Source: Bacteroidales bacterium (lineage in GTDB: Bacteria; Bacteroidota; Bacteroidia; Bacteroidales; G963667975). From it: a DNA stretch of 64,000 nucleotides. Where the stretch lies: the NCBI GenBank assembly GCA_963667975.1, contig OY764079.1, positions 1,428,586 through 1,492,585 on the forward strand, written 5' to 3'. Under the pieces are notes generated by a model, which saw only the letters and a list, made by a program, of their open reading frames with translations, was not told the origin of the DNA and did no database searches. A program made the translations under genes and the position numbers. This document shows positions 30,313 through 39,397 of this stretch, in pieces; position 1 is the stretch's first letter, and each line of letters begins with the position of its first letter.

Positions 30313-30377
30313 GTTTTATGGTTATGCAAAGATAGCAATTGCATTGCTATTCATTTTTTGATTTCGAAAAAGTGTAA

Positions 30378-31457
30378 TTATTTCGTATTCTGACTAATAA
30401 ATACTTCTGTAGCTCCAGTCCCATATTTTGCAATGGATGCATCAAAAGCATGTAATCCGCTATAATTCGAAAAAAGCTTACTCATTTCACGTTTCAAAGT
30501 GCCAATTCCTACACCATGTATAAAAATTATTTTTTTAATTCCTCCGGCAATAGCCGCTTCCAGGCATTTCTGCGCATATTCCAATTGTAAATTCAGCATT
30601 TCGGAAGGTTCCAGCATGTAATAATCGGTTGCCAATTCTCCAATGTGTAAATCAACTTCCGCAGTTTCTTCATTAATAAGGTGTTTGGTAAGAATGGTCT
30701 CAGGTTTAAACGAGGTAGTTTTTTCTTCTTTTACGGATAATTCTTCACTTTTATCATTTATGAGGGTTCTGTTCATAGATGTTTCTGATGCTTTCCCCAG
30801 CGTAACAATCAATGCCTTTTCTCTGAGAAAATCAGGACGAATATAGTTGTCTTCCTTCAAAAAACGGGTTGATTTTACTTTGAATTCGGCATTTAGGGGT
30901 AAAGGAATCCGGCTTAGTTCATCTTTGTGAAATAAAACCTGTATGACACCTTGATTCCATTCGTCAATTTCTTCACGATCAATAGATTCAATCAGAATTT
31001 TTTGACGTGGTTCTACTGCATCAAAGTCCATTCCATAGTTAATCTCTTTTTCACCTTTGAGGAAAAAACTATACAGAATATGATAATCAGTGTAATTTAC
31101 AAGATAAACGTCAAGTTTTCCTGAAAATAACCAACGTTGATCCTGAGGTACATATGCCAGATAAATTCCGGCAGAAAGTGCATTTTGTGAAACAATGGCT
31201 TTGTGTAAATCCATTTTACGTTCAGGTAAATCACTTTCTGTTATTTCAGAATGTTGAATTTCCGGCTTTGTTTTGGTATGAATTGATGAAACACTGTTGT
31301 CTGTTTCGGAAACTTTTATCAAATCGCTGGTCAATGTTGGAATTTCGAAACCATCTTCGATAGCTACATTTACCATCATTGGGCTTAGTATTTTTGTAAC
31401 CACACCGCCTCCAATCTGGCTTATAAATTTTACTTTATCTCCGGGTTTAAATTGCAT
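30378..31457 (-). CDS. Smr (MutS2-related) domain protein with a DUF2027-like N-terminal region
   Basis: 359-aa ORF with a C-terminal Smr domain (EVDLHIGEL...KKIIFIHGVGIGTLKREM). Confidence 0.8.
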   Translation of the reverse strand: MQFKPGDKVKFISQIGGGVVTKILSPMMVNVAIEDGFEIPTLTSDLIKVSETDNSVSSIHTKTKPEIQHSEITESDLPERKMDLHKAIVSQNALSAGIYLAYVPQDQRWLFSGKLDVYLVNYTDYHILYSFFLKGEKEINYGMDFDAVEPRQKILIESIDREEIDEWNQGVIQVLFHKDELSRIPLPLNAEFKVKSTRFLKEDNYIRPDFLREKALIVTLGKASETSMNRTLINDKSEELSVKEEKTTSFKPETILTKHLINEETAEVDLHIGELATDYYMLEPSEMLNLQLEYAQKCLEAAIAGGIKKIIFIHGVGIGTLKREMSKLFSNYSGLHAFDASIAKYGTGATEVFISQNTK

Positions 31458-31551
31458 AGCTTAAATTTTTATCAAAGGTACTGCTTTCCTTCCGTTATCA
31501 GATATTTTTGATGCAATAGGAAATGTGTAGTACGTTTTTGAATATTGCGAT

Positions 31552-31585
31552 ATTATTCATTTCAAAATATTTTGAAATGAATAAT
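31552..31585. repeat. 34-bp perfect palindrome (possible terminator for wecB or an operator)
   Basis: ATTATTCATTTCAAAAT followed by ATTTTGAAATGAATAAT. It lies 42 nt downstream of the wecB stop and upstream of the Smr gene. Confidence 0.5.
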
Positions 31586-31626
31586 ATGTTCTAAATTAGT
31601 GTGATATAGATATAAGTTGTATATAA

Positions 31627-32769
31627 TTAGATTGATTGAAGAATTATGCGACATATTTCTTCGGCAGCATGCCCGTTCCCAAATAGCGAAGGATAGTTAA
31701 CAGGGGGATTTTCAGCGTAGAGCTTAAATTTATTGAGAATATTCTGATAGTTTGCATCGGTAATCATAGTACATCCATGCTCTACAATTTCGTTCCATTC
31801 GGTTTCCGGCCTAAGAATTAAACAAGGTTTCTGAAAAAAATAAGCCTCTTTTTGTACTCCGCCTGAATCGGTAATAATGAGAGAACAATGCTTTTCAAGC
31901 AAAATCATCTCTAAAAAAGAAACAGGAGGAACGATGATAATCTGGTCTGATTTTTGAATTTGCTGATAAAGTTTTGTGTCCAGATTTATAGGAAGCATTT
32001 TTGCTGTCCGAGGGTGCAGCGGTAATACTACATGAACCTGATGTTTCTCAGTAATTTCAAGGATAGCCTTGAATATAGAGTTTAATCTTTCAGGATTATC
32101 GGTATTATTATCACGATGGATTGTACATAAAATAAATTCTTTATTGGCTATGTTTAAGTGATTTAGTAGCTCATTTTTTTGCTCTGCCAGTTTAGAAAAA
32201 TAGAGAGAATTATCATACATAATATCTCCTGATAAGAAAATGCCGGGATGATCAATGGTGAAAGGTGCTTTGGTTTGGTCGGAAAATCCTTCATTCAATA
32301 AATTTTTTAATCCAGAGGAAGTTGGCGTAAAAAGCAAAGTTGAACAATGGTCACATACAATACGATTGATTTCTTCGGGCATATTTTTGTTAAATGAACG
32401 CAATCCTGCTTCGATGTGAATAATAGGAGTGTGAACTTTGGAAGCTGCAATAGCTCCAGATAGAGTTGAGTTGGTATCACCATATAGAATGACTGCATCA
32501 GGTTGTAATTCGAATAGGGCTTTTTCAATTCCTTCTATCATTTGGGCTGTTTGAGTTCCATGACTTCCCGAACCGATATTTAAATTAATATTTGGCTGGG
32601 GAATGCCGAGTTCGTGAAAAAAACTATTCGACATATTTTCGTCATAATGCTGACCTGTATGGAGAATAATCTCTTCGATTAAAGAAAAATAATGAGTTCG
32701 AATGGCACGACTTAAGGCTGCAGCTTTTATGATCTGAGGCCTGGTGCCGATTACGGTGAATATCTTCAT
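31627..32769 (-). CDS. wecB: UDP-N-acetylglucosamine 2-epimerase (non-hydrolysing)
   Basis: 380-aa ORF with MKIFTVIGTRPQIIKAAALS, YGDTNSTL and TDSGGVQKEA motifs. Confidence 0.9.
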   Translation of the reverse strand: MKIFTVIGTRPQIIKAAALSRAIRTHYFSLIEEIILHTGQHYDENMSNSFFHELGIPQPNINLNIGSGSHGTQTAQMIEGIEKALFELQPDAVILYGDTNSTLSGAIAASKVHTPIIHIEAGLRSFNKNMPEEINRIVCDHCSTLLFTPTSSGLKNLLNEGFSDQTKAPFTIDHPGIFLSGDIMYDNSLYFSKLAEQKNELLNHLNIANKEFILCTIHRDNNTDNPERLNSIFKAILEITEKHQVHVVLPLHPRTAKMLPINLDTKLYQQIQKSDQIIIVPPVSFLEMILLEKHCSLIITDSGGVQKEAYFFQKPCLILRPETEWNEIVEHGCTMITDANYQNILNKFKLYAENPPVNYPSLFGNGHAAEEICRIILQSI

Positions 32770-32836
32770 GAATGGGATTCCTTAATTTTGAGCAAAGGTA
32801 AAAAAGAATATGCTGTTTGATGGAGGAAGGTCAGGT

Positions 32837-34264
32837 TTAAGGTTGAAAAAAGAACTCTGGAAAAGCAATCAGATAAACATTTACGCGAGCTCGGGTTAGG
32901 GCAGTGTAGAGCCATCGCAAATACTCTCTATCCAGCATTTCTTGGGTAAAATATCCAAGGTCAATAAACACAGTATTCCATTGTCCGCCTTGTGTTTTAT
33001 GGCAGGTTAATGAGTATGCAAATTTAACTTGTAAGGCTTGATAATAAGGGTTATTACGTGTTTTATCGAGCCGTTCTTTCTTTGGAAGATCTTCATAATC
33101 TTTCATGACTTCCTGATAGAGAGTCTTGAATTTTTCCCAAGGAAATGAAGGGGTTTCTACCGATAAAGTATCTAAAAGAATCTTTACTTCAATTTCCTTT
33201 TCATTTGGATAATCTACCAGTCGTAACGAAACATCGGCAAACCGACAATCATACAATTCCTCATATTTACGGATTCGTGTAATTTCAACAAGGTCGCCAT
33301 TGGCAAAAAAACCTGCTTCAGAATCTTTCGGCAGCCAGTAATAATTATTCCGGACAATCATCAGATAATCTCCGGCGGCAATTTCATTGTCCTGAAATAA
33401 TATCCTTTTCCTGATTTCCTGATTAAACATGTTTGCCCGTTTGTTTGAACGACAGATTATTACAACTCCTTCTTTATCATGACTGTTGAATGCTTTGATT
33501 AGCTCTTCTTCAAGTTCAGTTCCGGGCAGATTTACGATGTCAGGAAAGCCATTCGTATCGAATAGAGGAAAATCAGGAGCTTCTGCGATCATTATTTTAC
33601 GTAGAAAAGTAGCATTGTAAAGAATCCCAGAGTCGGAAGCCTGACGAACTACTTCTTTTAACTCATGCATCTGTATATGAGCATTAAAAACAGATGTAAG
33701 GTATTCCGGATTTAATGCAGGACTTATATCAATTCCAACAGGAGGTAACTGTGCGGTATCTCCGGAAATAAGCAATTTGCAACGATAACCAGAATCAACA
33801 TATTCCATCAAATCCTGTAATAAATTTCGTGAGGTAAATAATGAAGGTTCTGCATCCGACTGATAGTCGGGAATCATCGATGCTTCATCTACAATAAACA
33901 GAGTATTCTTGAACATGTTGGGTTGGAGAATAATACGCAGATACCCATCTTTTTGAGTATAAATCTTGTAGATTCGCCTATGAATGGTTGATGCCAGAGA
34001 GCCTGAATAATTTGCCATTACTTTGGCAGCCCTTCCGGTAGGTGCAAGCAGAACGGTTTTTAAACGAAGTTGTGGCAGGCTTTTTACTAAAGATGCAATG
34101 ATTGTGGTTTTGCCTGTTCCGGCATATCCCTTCATTAAAAAAACTGTCTGCTCATCATACTCAAACAGAAAATCAGAGAGTTTTTGCAATAAAATTCGTT
34201 GATCCTGAGTGGGATTATGTTCCAGGTTTTTTTCCAATAATTGCCTGATCTGTGCTGAATCCAT
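32837..34264 (-). CDS. RecD/TraA-like superfamily I DNA helicase
   Basis: 475-aa ORF with Walker A GYAGTGKTT, APTGRAAKVM, Walker B FIVDEASMI and a C-terminal UvrD_C_2-like motif (AYSLTCHKTQGGQW). Confidence 0.85.
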   Translation of the reverse strand: MDSAQIRQLLEKNLEHNPTQDQRILLQKLSDFLFEYDEQTVFLMKGYAGTGKTTIIASLVKSLPQLRLKTVLLAPTGRAAKVMANYSGSLASTIHRRIYKIYTQKDGYLRIILQPNMFKNTLFIVDEASMIPDYQSDAEPSLFTSRNLLQDLMEYVDSGYRCKLLISGDTAQLPPVGIDISPALNPEYLTSVFNAHIQMHELKEVVRQASDSGILYNATFLRKIMIAEAPDFPLFDTNGFPDIVNLPGTELEEELIKAFNSHDKEGVVIICRSNKRANMFNQEIRKRILFQDNEIAAGDYLMIVRNNYYWLPKDSEAGFFANGDLVEITRIRKYEELYDCRFADVSLRLVDYPNEKEIEVKILLDTLSVETPSFPWEKFKTLYQEVMKDYEDLPKKERLDKTRNNPYYQALQVKFAYSLTCHKTQGGQWNTVFIDLGYFTQEMLDREYLRWLYTALTRARVNVYLIAFPEFFFQP

Positions 34265-34438
34265 TTTTCAAAGGTATGGAAAATGGGGGTGATGCAGGAA
34301 CTCAATTTTTTTTAATTTAATTGTTTGTTACATTGATATCGATCAGCATTCAACCAGAATGATTTCGGATAAACGACTTCCCAGATCAACAGGTTGTCAA
34401 TTTTTCGCTCTCTCTTCGTTTCATGCTGTTTCTTTCCT

Positions 34439-34446
34439 TATTTTTG
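34439..34446 (+). promoter_or_regulatory. candidate -7 promoter box
   Basis: TATTTTTG matches TAnnTTTG and lies 45 nt upstream of the galE ATG. Confidence 0.3.
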
Positions 34447-34490
34447 ATGATTCAGAAATAAAAACAATCATATATTAAAAACAGATACTC

Positions 34491-35501
34491 ATGAAAATAC
34501 TTGTAACAGGTGGTATTGGGTACATTGGTTCTCATACAGTTGTAGAATTGATGAATCAGGGTTACACACCATTAATTATTGATAATCTTGTGAATTCTGA
34601 TATTGAAGTAGTTGACAGAATTGAAAAAATAACAGGACAACGTCCTCTTTTTGAGAAAGTTGAGATGTGTAATTTTGAAGAGATGAAAGCTCTTTTCGCA
34701 AAGCACAATGATATTAAGGCTGTGATTCATTTTGCAGCTATTTTGTTGGTGGAAGAATCGGTGGAAAAACCATTGATGTATTATGAAAACAACCTGCTTT
34801 CAACTGTTAATTTATTAAAATGTATGCAGATATACGGTGTAAAACATATTGTATTTTCTTCATCGTGTACTGTTTATGGTCAACCGGACGAACTGCCTGT
34901 AACCGAAAATGCTCCGGTAAAACCAGCAATGTCGCCCTATGGAAATACCAAGCAGATATGTGAAGATATTTTACGTGATTTTTCAAAAGTGAGCGATATT
35001 CAGGTAATTGCATTGCGATATTTCAATCCGATTGGTGCACATGAAACTGCAATTATTGGTGAGTTTCAGGATGGTCCACCCCATCACCTGATGCCATATA
35101 TTACTGAAACAGCATTCGGAAAACGTGAATTTCTGAGAGTTTTCGGAAGCGATTACAATACTCCAGACGGTACCTGTGTGCGCGATTATATCCATGTGGT
35201 GGATGTTGCTACGGCCCATATTTCGGCAATAGACAGATTGGTTTCTGGAAAAGCTGAAGCAAAATTTGAGGTGTTCAATCTGGGAACAGGAATAGGTTAT
35301 TCCGTGTTGGATATGATTAACGCTTTTGAAAAAGCTACCGGAATAAAAATTCCGTATCAATTGGCACCCCGCAGAGCAGGAGATGTAGAAGCTGTTTATG
35401 GTAATACTTCTCTGGCAAATGAAAAGTTAAACTGGAAAGCTGAACGATCACTCGAAGAGATGATGCGTTCAGCGTGGGAATGGGAAAAAGTACAAAAATA
35501 A
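34491..35501 (+). CDS. galE: UDP-glucose 4-epimerase
   Basis: 336-aa ORF with MKILVTGGIGYIGSHT and an SDR catalytic YGNTK. Length is typical of GalE. Confidence 0.92.
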   Translation: MKILVTGGIGYIGSHTVVELMNQGYTPLIIDNLVNSDIEVVDRIEKITGQRPLFEKVEMCNFEEMKALFAKHNDIKAVIHFAAILLVEESVEKPLMYYENNLLSTVNLLKCMQIYGVKHIVFSSSCTVYGQPDELPVTENAPVKPAMSPYGNTKQICEDILRDFSKVSDIQVIALRYFNPIGAHETAIIGEFQDGPPHHLMPYITETAFGKREFLRVFGSDYNTPDGTCVRDYIHVVDVATAHISAIDRLVSGKAEAKFEVFNLGTGIGYSVLDMINAFEKATGIKIPYQLAPRRAGDVEAVYGNTSLANEKLNWKAERSLEEMMRSAWEWEKVQK

Positions 35502-35518
35502 AATTTTGACTTACTTGT

Positions 35519-35559
35519 AAAAAGTCGCTGATTGTTTTGAAATTATCAGCGACTTTTTT
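35519..35559 (+). terminator. intrinsic terminator after galE
   Basis: A 9-bp stem (GTCGCTGAT / ATCAGCGAC) is flanked by AAAA and TTTTTT. Confidence 0.7.
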
Positions 35560-35586
35560 ACTTTCGCACATTTAAAAACCATGTAA

Positions 35587-36306
35587 ATGAAAAAGTATGT
35601 ATCTCTTTTTGGATTTATTTTAGGTATTATTTCCAGTCTTTCAGGGCAGTCTGTTTCTGAATGTTGTGCAAAAGAATTAATTACAAATTGTTTTGTTAGC
35701 CCGAAAATAATTAGCTCTGATAATTTAAGTTTTTTGCTTTCTAAAAATTTGATAGATAGTCAGGAATTGAGACGTAGAAAAAGCCGAAGACGGAAAGCCA
35801 TGGAATCAGGTATGTATGTTGTCGGCTCTCCCTCTTTCAATATTCCAACAGGGAAAATGGCTGACAGAAATAATGTTGGTTTTGGGCTCAATGTTGGCTA
35901 TGGATATAAGTTTACGGAAAATTTTAGTGCCTTTGTTTTGGCTGGATATCAGATGTTTTCAGGAAAAACATTCAGGCAAACACAATATGATCCTATTACC
36001 GGAGCTCCTTTACAAACTCTTACGTATGAATACCCTAAACTCAGTCTTGTTCCGATTGAAGCTGCAGGTAGATATTTCCCTTTTACTGAAGATTGGAAAC
36101 CATATATTCAGATGGGTTTGGGAATATCACTATTATTAACGCAGAATGAATCCTCGACAGAAGAATATATAAGACTGGCAACAGGCTTACTTTATGGTAG
36201 TGGCATTGTATATGGAGTGGAAGCTTCGTTATTGAATCATTATTCCAGTAATATTGGGCATTCAGTTACAATGATTTCAGCAGTTGTAATGTTTCCGTTG
36301 GATTGA
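35587..36306 (+). CDS. small outer-membrane beta-barrel protein with a polybasic linker (paralog 1)
   Basis: 239-aa ORF with a signal peptide, a Cys-containing linker, RRRKSRRRK, and then alternating aromatic/Gly beta-strand pattern (GFGLNVGYGYKF...). Confidence 0.7.
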   Translation: MKKYVSLFGFILGIISSLSGQSVSECCAKELITNCFVSPKIISSDNLSFLLSKNLIDSQELRRRKSRRRKAMESGMYVVGSPSFNIPTGKMADRNNVGFGLNVGYGYKFTENFSAFVLAGYQMFSGKTFRQTQYDPITGAPLQTLTYEYPKLSLVPIEAAGRYFPFTEDWKPYIQMGLGISLLLTQNESSTEEYIRLATGLLYGSGIVYGVEASLLNHYSSNIGHSVTMISAVVMFPLD

Positions 36307-36338
36307 TATTTGAGCTATTTATTTAAAGTATGTAATCT

Positions 36339-37367
36339 ATGAAAAATGTATTATGTGTATGTGTGTTTTTATTTATAAGCATAAGTTATGCTTATAATCA
36401 GGATAATATTGTTTCATCGTATGTATTTAGTAATCAATCTTATAAAACAGATGATGAGAATGATGTTATAAAAATGAAAACAGGAACAACTGTGTTTATT
36501 TGCAGAAGCGAGGAAGAAGAAGAACGAGAAATGATGAATGAAATTTTAAAAGATGTTTGGAAGGTAGGCAATTATGATGTGATTGTAAAAAGTGAACTAA
36601 AAGATTACCTAGAGAAGCCGGGAATTGTTTATGTTTCTTATGAATTAATAGCAGAGTCTTATAAAGCAGGAGCTTTGCAATCACAAAATAAAATGGGAAT
36701 AAATGAATTTATTCCAATGATTCGTTTCTGGATAATAAAAGAAGATAAAAAGAAAGGAACTCCATTTGTAAAACCCCTTGGAAATATTAAACTAATGCTT
36801 GACCGTAAAACGGAGTTAAAGGCTGAAGAAATAGAACGTCAGAATAATAGAGACGCTCAAAAAACATATGAACTGGTTTCGGATTGGGTGGAAAAATATG
36901 GAAGCTATGAAGCATTTAGTTATGCAGTACTGAAACTTTACCTTGGAAATTATTCCAAATTCTTGCTGAATCAATTTCCCAAAACCAAGTTTCCTAAATT
37001 TTCGTACGGAGTTTGTTCTGCTGATTTAAAAAATATTTTAAATGATACGTTGTATATCCCTGAATCAATGTTTATAATCAGAAATTCAAAGTGTATTGAA
37101 ACAAATAAAATGTTAAATATTCAGGAAGAAATTGAGGATTACCCAGGTCCATGTCAAGTTGTGTCTGATGATCAGGTTTTTGAAATCGTAAATAATTCAT
37201 CTGAAAAAGCTCACTACGTATTAATTTGCAAACGAAATAAATTTTATGAGGTGTATAATACAAAAACATTTGAAAGGGTATATTACAGGGAAGGATCAGG
37301 TGAATGTGACTTTAATTATAAAGAATTAAATCATATTTACCAAGATGCTGAAAAGATTAAACAATAG
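36339..37367 (+). CDS. hypothetical secreted protein
   Basis: 342-aa ORF with an N-terminal signal peptide (MKNVLCVCVFLFISISYA). I recognise no domain. Confidence 0.65.
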   Translation: MKNVLCVCVFLFISISYAYNQDNIVSSYVFSNQSYKTDDENDVIKMKTGTTVFICRSEEEEEREMMNEILKDVWKVGNYDVIVKSELKDYLEKPGIVYVSYELIAESYKAGALQSQNKMGINEFIPMIRFWIIKEDKKKGTPFVKPLGNIKLMLDRKTELKAEEIERQNNRDAQKTYELVSDWVEKYGSYEAFSYAVLKLYLGNYSKFLLNQFPKTKFPKFSYGVCSADLKNILNDTLYIPESMFIIRNSKCIETNKMLNIQEEIEDYPGPCQVVSDDQVFEIVNNSSEKAHYVLICKRNKFYEVYNTKTFERVYYREGSGECDFNYKELNHIYQDAEKIKQ

Positions 37368-37595
37368 TTATGGTTATCAGAGTTGGCTATAAGCTATTTG
37401 ATTTCAATTTATTAAACCATTTTTGCATAAATAATATTGGAATTATTGTTTGTAGATGGTTCATTGGGTTTCTTTCAAATCGGTGATCGGCAATAATATG
37501 TAGGACAAGATTAATTTCTTACAATTAATCTCTAAATTAGAAAAGAAAATACTCATAAAGTGTTAAGTTTAACATTTTGGTATTAGTTAATTATT

Positions 37596-37603
37596 TACTT
37601 TTG
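37596..37603 (+). promoter_or_regulatory. candidate -7 promoter box
   Basis: TACTTTTG matches TAnnTTTG and lies 39 nt upstream of the ATG at 37642. Confidence 0.35.
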
Positions 37604-37641
37604 TCTTTAATAACTAATTTTATAACCTAAATTTTACATCT

Positions 37642-38406
37642 ATGAAAAAAGTATTATTTATTGTTTTACTTGTGTTTGTTGCGTCTTTAGCATCAAATGC
37701 ACAAAGTTTTAGCTCGAAGAGCGAAGATAGCTTTTTTAAAGTAAAAAAGAGTCCACTTGCATGTGGATTTAGTCAGAATTTAAAAATGGATGACAAATTT
37801 TCATTTGTACCAGATGACGAAAACGATACAGACAAGAAAAGAAGAAAGAAAAAACGCAGAGGAAGAGGCGGTTCCGACTATTCAAATAGTATTAAAACAA
37901 ATCCACTTTCATTAGTCTTTGGAACGTTTGGTGTAATGTATGAAAGAAAAATTAATGACAATATATCATTAGGATTAACAGGTGGTATTTATTTTAACAG
38001 TACTGACTTACTTGTCGTAAATTACAAATACTCAGGATTTAATATTTCTCCAGAATTCAGATATTATTTTGATGAAGCTATTGAAGGTTGGTATGCAGGA
38101 GCGTTCATATCGGTTACGCTAATTACTGAAAAAATAACAAGTTCAGATGGATCTACGCTAGGGACAAATAGCAATGGTGTAGATTACAATGAATTAAAGA
38201 ATAATCTCACCTTGTTTAATTTTGGAGCAATGGCTGGCCGTCAATGGATATGGGGTGGTTTTACATTAGATGTGTTTGGTGGTTTAGGCTATACTACAGC
38301 AAGTTGGTCTTATGATTCAAACTATGCAGATGGAATGTTTACGGGAGGGTTATCTTTCAAGGGTATTTTACCCGTACTTGGTAGCTCAATTGGATACTCA
38401 TTCTAA
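37642..38406 (+). CDS. small outer-membrane beta-barrel protein with a polybasic linker (paralog 2)
   Basis: 254-aa ORF with a signal peptide, ACGFSQNL, an acidic patch, KKRRKKKRRGRGG, and then a barrel-like region ending in an aromatic residue (GYSF). Confidence 0.75.
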   Translation: MKKVLFIVLLVFVASLASNAQSFSSKSEDSFFKVKKSPLACGFSQNLKMDDKFSFVPDDENDTDKKRRKKKRRGRGGSDYSNSIKTNPLSLVFGTFGVMYERKINDNISLGLTGGIYFNSTDLLVVNYKYSGFNISPEFRYYFDEAIEGWYAGAFISVTLITEKITSSDGSTLGTNSNGVDYNELKNNLTLFNFGAMAGRQWIWGGFTLDVFGGLGYTTASWSYDSNYADGMFTGGLSFKGILPVLGSSIGYSF

Positions 38407-38420
38407 GTGAAATAAACTTA

Positions 38421-38457
38421 AAAAAAACAGCCAATGAATTCCATTGGCTGTTTTTTT
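38421..38457 (+). terminator. intrinsic terminator
   Basis: A 9-bp stem (CAGCCAATG / CATTGGCTG) is flanked by an A7 run and a T7 run. Confidence 0.75.
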
Positions 38458-38530
38458 GTTTATTTTAGCGTAGTTTTTTAATAGTGCAAAGTAATAAATT
38501 CAATATTGCTTTTTTATAAAATTGAATACA

Positions 38531-39304
38531 ATGAAAAAATTAAATCTTATTGCATTGCTTACTCTTATAGCAGCATTTTCAACCAATGCTCAATTTCTCT
38601 CAAAACAGGACTTAAAGAAATCCTGTTCACCCTCTCAAAACCTCTATTTTGAAAATAGTTTTGAAACTGGAAGTGATGCTTCATCTGTTCGCGGAAAACG
38701 CCGTTGGGGTACCGAACGACTGGCTACTGAATTCAAGGGACTTGCTTTTACCGGTTCACTAGGGTTTGCTTCATCTGCTTTGGATACGAATGTAACCATG
38801 GGCTTTGGCGGTAATCTTTCTCTGGAGTATATTTTTAATAGTTTTGGGGTGGGTTTAAATACTGGATTCTTTTTTAGCCCGGGTGAAGAAACTGTGTTTC
38901 TCGAAGATCTTACAGAAACTACTTTTAAAAAAGGAAATCGCATGCAAATTCCAATTTTTGTGCAGGCCAGATTTATGGGATTGAATGATATTATTAAGCC
39001 GTATGCCGGATTTCAAACAGGAGTGATGCTTAATTTTACTGGAAATTATACTACTACTGTTAAAACGCTTGTGCCTACTTCCACTACTTCTTTCAGTGCA
39101 GATGGAACCAGTGATGTCCGGTTTGGAATGGGTCCACGTTGTGGGGTTTTATTTGGAGAAAGGATTCTCTATGGTCTTGATTTTTCATATATTTATCTGT
39201 TCAAGAAAACAAAATCGGAAGAAATTGCAGGTGTAAATGTTGAATATGATTTGCCTTCAATTCATATGATTACAATACAAGCATCGATTGTTGTTCCTTT
39301 TTAA
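38531..39304 (+). CDS. small outer-membrane beta-barrel protein with a basic linker (paralog 3)
   Basis: 257 aa from the ATG at 38531 (the ORF track starts at a TTG at 38522). It has a signal peptide, SCSPSQNL, RGKRRWG, a barrel-like region and a C-terminal VVPF. Confidence 0.75.
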   Translation: MKKLNLIALLTLIAAFSTNAQFLSKQDLKKSCSPSQNLYFENSFETGSDASSVRGKRRWGTERLATEFKGLAFTGSLGFASSALDTNVTMGFGGNLSLEYIFNSFGVGLNTGFFFSPGEETVFLEDLTETTFKKGNRMQIPIFVQARFMGLNDIIKPYAGFQTGVMLNFTGNYTTTVKTLVPTSTTSFSADGTSDVRFGMGPRCGVLFGERILYGLDFSYIYLFKKTKSEEIAGVNVEYDLPSIHMITIQASIVVPF

Positions 39305-39340
39305 AATAAAGATGCTTTTAGCAGTTGATTGTCAATAAAT

Positions 39341-39377
39341 AAAAAAACTGACTGGATTAATAACAGTCAGTTTTTTT
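39341..39377. terminator. bidirectional intrinsic terminator between convergent genes
   Basis: A 7-bp stem (CTGACTG / CAGTCAG) is flanked by an A7 run and a T7 run. It lies between the barrel gene (+) and thiL (-). Confidence 0.65.
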
Positions 39378-39397
39378 ATCTTATTGGGTTCCATTTA

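Noticed and set aside
30147-30344. 65-aa minus-strand ORF
   Set aside because: It lies entirely within the RNase P RNA gene. It is rich in Gly, Arg and Cys (the G/C-rich RNA read as protein) and so is spurious.
35816-36139. Alternative-frame or antisense ORFs nested in strongly supported genes (for example 35816..36139, 41005..41340, 44693..45028, 51773..52180, 21362..21773 and 23542..24062)
   Set aside because: Each lies fully inside a gene with clear family motifs and has biased, low-complexity composition typical of shadow ORFs.
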